Assembly: GCA_964457525.1 (NCBI GenBank)
Contig: CAYWGS010000041.1
Span: forward strand, 1-12,182
Direction: 5' to 3'
DNA from: an uncultured Erysipelotrichaceae bacterium
GTDB taxonomy: Bacteria; Bacillota_I; Bacilli_A; Erysipelotrichales; Erysipelotrichaceae
DNA length: 12,182 nucleotides
Shown: positions 1 through 5,159 of the stretch, piece after piece
Layout: each line of letters opens with the position of its first letter
How positions within the stretch are numbered: the first letter of the stretch is position 1
Made by a program: the position numbers and the translations under genes
Notes under the pieces: model-generated
Database searches by the model: none
Told to the model about the DNA's origin: nothing
What the model saw: the letters and a program-made list of their open reading frames with translations, nothing else

Positions 1-40
1 ATTTTATTATAGTCAAATTTAGCTTGATAAACAATTTAGA

Positions 41-436
41 TTAACGATATAAAACATTTTTAACAACTTCAGTTAAAGGTTTAATAAATGGCAAATCATA
101 TTCTTGATAATCCCAACCTCTTTGTGCAGCAACAACAATCAATGCAAGCTCAACTATCGCAACAACCCAGAATAGTGGACTAAGCAATGGAATAAAATAA
201 ATCACTACAGTAAGAATAATATTGAAAAAGAATAAAGATATGGCTTGAATTGCATGTTGCTTAACTAAAGCACTATCCTTCTCAACAAAAAATATAATAA
301 ATGGAATCGAGAACGATAAGAAAGATAACGAATCAATTAAACTTAAGAAAAAAGCACCAAACCATACAATCAATATAACGATATTCGCATTGATTCCAAA
401 TGATGACTTATGTGGGCTATGTTTTACTCTTTTCAT
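41..436 (-). CDS. Small polytopic membrane protein, DUF4870-like, function unknown
   Basis: The ORF track gives 41..481, whose start is a GTG (plus cac 479-481). I trim to the ATG at 436-434. That ATG follows a strong SD (minus AAGGAGGA, plus 441-448) and lies downstream of the terminator at 482-512. The translation has several hydrophobic helices and an EKDSALVKQHAIQAISL segment resembling DUF4870-type proteins. Confidence 0.6.
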   Translation of the reverse strand: MKRVKHSPHKSSFGINANIVILIVWFGAFFLSLIDSLSFLSFSIPFIIFFVEKDSALVKQHAIQAISLFFFNIILTVVIYFIPLLSPLFWVVAIVELALIVVAAQRGWDYQEYDLPFIKPLTEVVKNVLYR

Positions 437-454
437 ATAATCCTCCTTAACTTC

Positions 455-483
455 ACTATACATAAAAGAGAATGAAATCACAA
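455..483 (-). promoter_or_regulatory. Candidate sigma-A promoter for the membrane-protein gene
   Basis: Minus strand reads TTGTGA (plus 478-483), a 17-nt spacer, then TATAGT (plus 455-460). The SD and ATG at 436 lie downstream. Found by consensus matching by eye only. Confidence 0.35.
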
Positions 484-512
484 TAAAAAAGAACCTATTG
501 TTGAATAGGTTC
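482..512 (-). terminator. Rho-independent terminator ending the speD-speE-HAD operon
   Basis: Perfect 9-bp stem GAACCTATT (491-499) / AATAGGTTC (504-512) with loop GTTG. On the minus strand it is followed by TTTTTTATTG (plus 490-481). It overlaps the last codons and the TAG stop (495-497) of the HAD gene. Confidence 0.7.
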
Positions 513-1217
513 TAACTGTTGAACAAAGCTTAAAAAATCATCATAGGATCCTGAATAATTTACATATTCAGGAATATCTTCATTTTGAATAATATGGTTT
601 GTGATTAAGTACGATTTCATACCAATTTTAGACACGATCATATCCTCTCGAATGTCATTCCCTACCATCAAACACTCAGTAACATTTAAACGCAAATCAG
701 ATAATATTTCTTCATAGAACTTAATTTGTGGTTTACAGAAATGATTCTTTTCAAAGGACGTAACATACTCAAAATCATTTCGATCACAACCTGTCCATTC
801 AATTCGTTTCTCAATCGCTATCTTTGGAAACATTGGATTTGTCGCAATTACACAGCGATATCCTTTTTCTTTCAGTAATTTTACTGATTTTTGAATAGAT
901 TCATTCGGTGTTACAGCCAGTTTTATTTGATCAAATTCATTTAAATAGAAACGATCAAACCGTTCTTGCATCCAAGTTATATCCTCTTGGACAATTTCTT
1001 TTAATGCATCCATGAATACTTCCTCATTTGTTTTTGAACTCGTATCCATAACCATTTGTTTGGTTGCAGACCAAATAATCTTTATAAATTCTTTAGGTTC
1101 AAAGCGATCGATAAAATATGAGGATAAACCTTTGAAATAGATTGCTTCAAAAGCTTCACCATCAATCGGTAATAATGTTCCATCCAAATCAAATAAAACG
1201 GTTGTTAAACTACTCAT
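495..1217 (-). CDS. HAD-superfamily hydrolase (phosphatase-like), substrate unknown
   Basis: HAD motif I is LFDLDGTLL, and there is a C-terminal VGNDIREDM acidic motif. I prefer the ATG at 1217-1215, which has a GAGGG SD 8 nt upstream, over the track start at 1232, which has no SD. With that start the gene overlaps the speE stop (1210-1212) by 8 nt. Confidence 0.8.
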   Translation of the reverse strand: MSSLTTVLFDLDGTLLPIDGEAFEAIYFKGLSSYFIDRFEPKEFIKIIWSATKQMVMDTSSKTNEEVFMDALKEIVQEDITWMQERFDRFYLNEFDQIKLAVTPNESIQKSVKLLKEKGYRCVIATNPMFPKIAIEKRIEWTGCDRNDFEYVTSFEKNHFCKPQIKFYEEILSDLRLNVTECLMVGNDIREDMIVSKIGMKSYLITNHIIQNEDIPEYVNYSGSYDDFLSFVQQLEPIQQ

Positions 1218-2073
1218 TTGTCTTTCCCTCATTCAATAAATCAATTACATAGTTTGGTAATGCAAATGCACCCACATGCACTTTATCATTGTAGTACTTT
1301 GTTTTTAATTCAAGTGATTTCCATGCATCTTTCTCAAAATCATTGATTGGATGTAAAACTTTGCTCGCAAAGCCAAACAACCAATGACCAGATGCATACG
1401 TAGGAATAAACGCTTGATAGACTTCCGCAATCGGAAAAGTTTCTACAATACGTTTATGTGCTCGTTGCATATTCTTTTGATAATGATCATAGAAAGGACT
1501 CTCATGTTGGTTTACAAGAATACCCTTTTCATTTAAAGCAGAATAACAATCTTGATAGAAACTACGTGTAAATAATCCTTCACCCGGTCCAAATGGATCC
1601 GTAGAATCGACAATAATTAAATCATATTCATTCTTTCTCTTAGCAACAAACTTTAATCCATCCTCAAAGTAAAGATGAACTCTAGAATCTCTAAGCTTAT
1701 GTGCAGAAATTGGGAAGTACTCTTCACACACTTGTACAACCATTTCATCAATTTCAACCATATCAATCTGTTCAATGGAAGGATAACGACAGAGTTCACG
1801 AACGGTTCCACCATCACCTGCCCCGATAACCAATACTTTCTTAATTTTCGGATTTACATGCATTGGTACATGGACAATCATATCATGATAGATAAATTCA
1901 TCTTTCTCAGTAATCATGATGTACCCATCTAACGTAAAGAATCGGCCTAATTCCTTTGATTCAAAAACATCAATTCTTTGAAAAGGACTCTGTTTACTGA
2001 GCAATTGCTTCTCAACTTGAACTGAGAGTTTAATCGTTTCAGAATGAAACTCGCTATACCATAAATCAATCAT
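1210..2073 (-). CDS. speE: Spermidine synthase (aminopropyltransferase)
   Basis: 287 aa with hallmark SpeE segments: [56 protein letters not shown]. Its ATG overlaps the speD stop as ATGA, and a GGAGGA SD lies inside the speD 3' end. Confidence 0.95.
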   Translation of the reverse strand: MIDLWYSEFHSETIKLSVQVEKQLLSKQSPFQRIDVFESKELGRFFTLDGYIMITEKDEFIYHDMIVHVPMHVNPKIKKVLVIGAGDGGTVRELCRYPSIEQIDMVEIDEMVVQVCEEYFPISAHKLRDSRVHLYFEDGLKFVAKRKNEYDLIIVDSTDPFGPGEGLFTRSFYQDCYSALNEKGILVNQHESPFYDHYQKNMQRAHKRIVETFPIAEVYQAFIPTYASGHWLFGFASKVLHPINDFEKDAWKSLELKTKYYNDKVHVGAFALPNYVIDLLNEGKTNE

Positions 2074-2894
2074 GATTCATCCTCCTTATTATATATATTC
2101 CGTCCATTAAAGATTTCAATCATCTCATGATGAACTAAATTATAAATATCAGCTTGTTCACTTGGATTATAACTATTGATATCACTGGTAAACATATAGT
2201 TTTCTAAGTCAATATCCCGTAACATCATCTTTGTATGAAAAAGATTTGATTCATAAACATTCACATCAATACGATTATATCGTTCTAATGTCTTCTTATC
2301 GATATAATTTTGAATCGAATTGATATCATGATCAATAAAGAACTTCTTACCATCTAAACCACGTGTAAACCCACGTACTCGATAATCAATTGTAATAATA
2401 TCGGAATCAAAACTACCAATTAAGTAATCCAATGCTTTTAAAGGAGAAATACGTCCACAAGTTGAGACATCAATATCCACTCTAAAAGTAGAAATCTCAT
2501 GGTTTGGGTGATACTCAGGATAGGTATGTACTGTCACATGACTCTTATCTAAGTGGCCTACAATTGTCCTCGGTGTAACAACACCATTTTCTAATTTAGC
2601 CACATTACATGAAGCGTCTAAATACTTTTCATCGATTGGCTCTTCACTTATTAATATCGTAACACTTGCTCCCTGTGGTTCATAGTCTTGTTTAGAGATA
2701 TTTAAGACATGTGCTCCAATCATCGAAGTTACATCCGTTAAAATCTTAGTCAAACGGGTAGAGTTGTACTGCTCATCAATATACGCTAAATAATCTTTTC
2801 TCTCTTCTTCTGTTTTAGCATAACAGATATCATAGATATTAAAACTACATGTTTTGGTTAAGTTATTAAACCCATACAAAGCAATTTTTTTCAT
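2070..2894 (-). CDS. speD: S-adenosylmethionine decarboxylase proenzyme, long E. coli-type form
   Basis: 274 aa, colinear with E. coli SpeD as I remember it ([79 protein letters not shown]). The self-cleavage Lys-Ser is K117/S118, with the Ser codon at 2541-2543. An AAAGGG SD lies 7 nt upstream of the ATG. Confidence 0.95.
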   Translation of the reverse strand: MKKIALYGFNNLTKTCSFNIYDICYAKTEEERKDYLAYIDEQYNSTRLTKILTDVTSMIGAHVLNISKQDYEPQGASVTILISEEPIDEKYLDASCNVAKLENGVVTPRTIVGHLDKSHVTVHTYPEYHPNHEISTFRVDIDVSTCGRISPLKALDYLIGSFDSDIITIDYRVRGFTRGLDGKKFFIDHDINSIQNYIDKKTLERYNRIDVNVYESNLFHTKMMLRDIDLENYMFTSDINSYNPSEQADIYNLVHHEMIEIFNGRNIYNKEDES

Positions 2895-2922
2895 AGTAAT
2901 ACCCTTTCTGAAATACGTACCA

Positions 2923-2950
2923 ATTATACAGTATGCAAAGATTTATGCAA
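2923..2950 (-). promoter_or_regulatory. Candidate sigma-A promoter of the speD operon
   Basis: Minus strand reads TTGCAT (plus 2945-2950), a 16-nt spacer, then TATAAT (plus 2923-2928). This lies about 29 nt upstream of the speD ATG and leaves room for the SD. Confidence 0.5.
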
Positions 2951-2983
2951 TATAGATAAAAATAAATATGATACACTTATCTT

Positions 2984-3463
2984 ATGAAACTATTTGTTCT
3001 ACAAAATAAGCAAAAACCATGGAAAAATAACAGTTCCAAAGAAGTATTGATTCCCCTATGTGAACGATACCAATTGGGTACTCCTTATTACCATGAATCT
3101 GGTAAACCTTTGTTAGATAAGGCATATGTCTCTATTACGCATTCAAATGAATATTTATTAATCGCTTATGATACACATCCAATCGGTATCGATTGTGAAC
3201 AGATACGGAATATACATGATTCTCTTATAAGTAAATTGAACTTAGATTCAAATAATCCAATACTTGATTGGTGTAGGAGAGAAGCTGTAATAAAGTTATG
3301 TGATGATAAGTCTTATCTTCTTAAAAAAGAGTTAAGCACCTTCTATTTTAAAGAGGTAAAACTTAACCCTAACTATTGTGTAGTGATTGCGTCTAACCAA
3401 AGAATAAACACAACCGAAATCATTAAACTCGATATAAAGCTAGATATTATTCATGAGATGTAA
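2984..3463 (+). CDS. 4'-phosphopantetheinyl transferase, unusually short Sfp-like type
   Basis: The Sfp-type motifs appear in the correct order: GKP (ESGKPLL), SITHS, PIGIDCE, W-x3-EAVIK. At 159 aa it is much shorter than Sfp (about 224 aa). No SD precedes the ATG. Confidence 0.7.
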   Translation: MKLFVLQNKQKPWKNNSSKEVLIPLCERYQLGTPYYHESGKPLLDKAYVSITHSNEYLLIAYDTHPIGIDCEQIRNIHDSLISKLNLDSNNPILDWCRREAVIKLCDDKSYLLKKELSTFYFKEVKLNPNYCVVIASNQRINTTEIIKLDIKLDIIHEM

Positions 3464-3480
3464 TAATATCTTTTATTTTG
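3442..3480. terminator. AT-rich inverted repeat at the convergent PPTase/plsC junction, a possible weak bidirectional terminator
   Basis: Perfect 10-bp inverted repeat AGATATTATT (3442-3451) / AATAATATCT (3462-3471) with a 10-nt loop, followed by TTTATTTTG on the plus strand. The stem has only one G:C pair, so its stability is low. Confidence 0.35.
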
Positions 3481-4121
3481 TTTGAACATTCCTCATAACT
3501 TAAATCTTTAAAGATTTCATACGGAATAGGATCATGATACTTAACATGAATCTCTTTAACTTTCTCCTTAAATGAATCCATTTTATAAGAGTTCGTTAAC
3601 GTTACAGGAATAATACTCACCTTAGCCCCATAGGCAGGTAATAATGATCCTGATTTAAAATCGATACATTTCTTCCCTCTTGATCGTGTACCTTCAGGAA
3701 AGACCAATAATGATTTCTTGTCTTTTAAATATCGAATTGATTGTCGTAACATCTGAACATTCTCTTGAAAATCAGAACGATTAAATGTAATAAACTCAAT
3801 CAATCTACCCCATTTTCCAATTACTGGAATCGTTAGATTCTCTTCTTTTGATATAAAAGAATGCGGAAATGGACTTGAAGCAACTAAAAAGATTGGATCA
3901 AATGTACCTTGATGATTTGATGTTAAATAATATATTTCATGTGGATTTATCTTATCCGATACCGATACAACAAGTTTTATGTTCCATTTTTCTATTATTG
4001 ATAAACATAACTTTTTCAAAATTGAAAACTTATCATTAAAGCTTAAATCATCTATGTTTAATGATTTTATATAAACAATTGGTAAATATAATATAAAAAT
4101 AAATAGACGAAAGATTGTCAT
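3447..4121 (-). CDS. plsC: 1-acyl-sn-glycerol-3-phosphate (lysophospholipid) acyltransferase family protein
   Basis: N-terminal TM helix. HX4D motif SNHQGTFDP, motif III FPEGTRS, and an IPV-type motif IV. Its ATG directly abuts the fabZ TAG (TAGATG), and an AGGTGA SD lies inside the fabZ 3' end. Confidence 0.78.
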   Translation of the reverse strand: MTIFRLFIFILYLPIVYIKSLNIDDLSFNDKFSILKKLCLSIIEKWNIKLVVSVSDKINPHEIYYLTSNHQGTFDPIFLVASSPFPHSFISKEENLTIPVIGKWGRLIEFITFNRSDFQENVQMLRQSIRYLKDKKSLLVFPEGTRSRGKKCIDFKSGSLLPAYGAKVSIIPVTLTNSYKMDSFKEKVKEIHVKYHDPIPYEIFKDLSYEECSNKIKDIITSHE

Positions 4122-4550
4122 CTAATCACCTACTTTAAACATGAGTTCAGCCGTACATACTATATTGTGATCGACATATGCTTTAGCGGACGCAAATCCA
4201 ATACTGGAGCGTTGACGTGTTAATGTTACTTCTAGTTTTAATACATCTCCAGGACGTACAACTTGTTTAAAGCGTACTTGATCAATTCCAGCAAAATATG
4301 CAATCTTACCCTTAAACTCATCTTGAGATAGAAGTAAGACAGCTCCAGTTTGTGCAAGTGATTCAATGATAAGAACGCCTGGCATAACAGCCTTTTCTGG
4401 AAAATGTCCTTGAAAAAATGGTTCATTAATTGTGACTGCTTTTCGACCAATAATTGTTTGATCCACAATCTCATCTATCTGATCAATTAATAGAAAAGGA
4501 TATCGATGAGGTATAATTGATTTTATTTCTTCAATGTTATATTTCATCAT
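4122..4550 (-). CDS. fabZ: 3-hydroxyacyl-ACP dehydratase
   Basis: 142 aa with canonical FabZ segments: IPHRYPFLLID, FFQGHFPEKAVMPGVLIIESLAQ, AYFAGIDQVRFKQVVRPGD. Its ATG overlaps the stop of the fabF remnant as ATGA, and a GGAAG SD lies upstream. Confidence 0.93.
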   Translation of the reverse strand: MMKYNIEEIKSIIPHRYPFLLIDQIDEIVDQTIIGRKAVTINEPFFQGHFPEKAVMPGVLIIESLAQTGAVLLLSQDEFKGKIAYFAGIDQVRFKQVVRPGDVLKLEVTLTRQRSSIGFASAKAYVDHNIVCTAELMFKVGD

Positions 4551-4885
4551 TCATACTTCCTTAAAATAATTGATGCATTATGCCCACCAAACCCAAGTGA
4601 GTTCGACATAACTGTACGTAATGCTTGTTTACGACCTTGGCCTAATACAACATCAAGGTCACATAAAGCATCTTGAGACTTTGAGTTAATGGTTGCTGGG
4701 ATATAGGACTCTTGAAGTGCTTTGACACAAATAATCGCTTCTACAGCACCACTCGCACCTAATAAATGACCCGTATAGGACTTTGTGGATGACATGGCTA
4801 ATTTCTTACTATGTTCACCAAATGCATTCTTAACTGCCATTGTTTCAGTCTTATCATTAAGTGGCGTACTTGTCCCATGTGCATC
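4547..4885 (-). pseudogene. fabF: 3' remnant (about 113 codons) of beta-ketoacyl-ACP synthase II; the N-terminal ~300 aa including the catalytic Cys are missing
   Basis: My hand translation upstream of the 97-aa track ORF gives (stop at 4901-4903) LVLFL-DAHGTSTPLNDKTETMAVKNAFGEH...SYTGHLLGASG...SNSLGFGGHNASIILRKYE*. This matches the KAS II C-terminal domain, compare B. subtilis INAHGTST..NDK.ETMAIK..FGEH. The apparent Met start of the track ORF is an internal conserved residue with no SD. Confidence 0.85.
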
Positions 4886-4887
4886 AA

Positions 4888-4998
4888 GAAAAAGAACGAG
4901 TTAGTATTTTAGATGTTAATGATTTAGGACAACTCATTATTCAAACCAAAGATAAACAAATTAAGACATTAACAAGCGAAGAAATCATTCTAAAATAA
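4888..4998 (+). pseudogene. birA: Possible 3' remnant (about 36 codons) of a biotin-[acetyl-CoA-carboxylase] ligase gene, C-terminal domain only
   Basis: A frame absent from the track reads EKERVSILDVNDLGQLIIQTKDKQIKTLTSEEIILK* (TAA at 4996-4998). The pattern resembles the BirA C-terminal domain, compare E. coli GISRGIDKQGALLLEQDGIIKPWMGGEISLR. There is no start codon or SD, and the upstream part of the frame is antisense fabF sequence. Confidence 0.5.
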
Positions 4999-5098
4999 TT
5001 CACTTGTGAAAACTATAATTAAATGTGTAAGTTTTTTTCTTGTATTCTACAAGCATTTTAAGTAATTGAAATGATAGCGTTCTCATTCCCTTTTTTCA

Positions 5099-5127
5099 TT
5101 GTTTCAATTATTGTCTCATGATATAAA
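5099..5127 (+). promoter_or_regulatory. Candidate extended -10 promoter of the hydrogenase gene
   Basis: TGaTATAAA (TG at 5119-5120, -10 hexamer at 5122-5127), with a weak -35 TTGTTT (5099-5104) at 17-nt spacing. The predicted start near 5134 falls inside the Rex box. Confidence 0.4.
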
Positions 5128-5131
5128 ATAG

Positions 5132-5149
5132 TTGTGAAACAGTTAACAA
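5132..5149 (+). promoter_or_regulatory. Candidate Rex (NADH/NAD+-sensing repressor) operator
   Basis: TTGTGAA-ACAG-TTAACAA compared with the published Rex consensus TTGTGAA-N4-TTCACAA (clostridial variant TTGTTAA-N4-TTAACAA). It is one mismatch from a perfect palindrome. It lies between the -10 element and the AAGGGG SD (5148-5153) of the hydrogenase gene. Confidence 0.55.
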
Positions 5150-5159
5150 GGGGTAATTT

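Noticed and set aside
466-483. Rex-like half-site ATCACAA near the membrane-protein promoter
   Set aside because: The left half (AAGAGAA) matches poorly, giving about 10 of 14 specified positions overall. It is better explained as the -35 TTGTGA of the minus-strand promoter.
1675-1932. 85-aa plus-strand ORF nested inside speE
   Set aside because: It is entirely antisense to a well-supported speE CDS. It has no SD, a low-complexity composition typical of antisense frames in AT-rich DNA, and no recognisable motif.
4238-4474. 78-aa minus-strand ORF in an alternative frame inside fabZ
   Set aside because: It is an out-of-frame overlap with the canonical fabZ. It has no SD and no motifs, and is most likely spurious.
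4547-4840. The 97-aa track ORF as an independent small protein
   Set aside because: Its Met corresponds to an internal conserved FabF residue (ETMAIK context). FabF similarity continues upstream of it to about 4885, and no SD precedes it. It is better explained as part of a truncated fabF.
5004-5021. Second TTGTGAA half-site (TTGTGAAAACTATAATTA), possibly a second Rex box
   Set aside because: Only the left half matches. The right half (ATAATTA) does not resemble TTCACAA or TTAACAA. It is likely chance or a degenerate relic.
5039-5053. Perfect palindrome CTTGTA-TTC-TACAAG, either a terminator of the birA remnant or an operator
   Set aside because: The stem is only 6 bp and AT-rich, and the following T-run is weak (CATTTTAAG). 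The spacing is incompatible with a Rex site. I cannot assign a function.
5071-5121. 16-codon hydrophobic mini-ORF (MIAFSFPFFIVSIIVS*) and a 12-codon Cys-containing mini-ORF (5023-5061) in the hydrogenase upstream region
   Set aside because: Neither has an SD. Both are too short for known type I toxins, and T-rich intergenic DNA readily yields Phe/Ile/Ser runs by chance.
5135-5148. CcpA cre-like reading of TGAAACAGTTAACA upstream of the hydrogenase
   Set aside because: It matches TGWAANCGNTNWCA except at the central CG (AG here), which is the most conserved cre position. The same bases fit the 18-bp Rex palindrome much better, so I report it as Rex.
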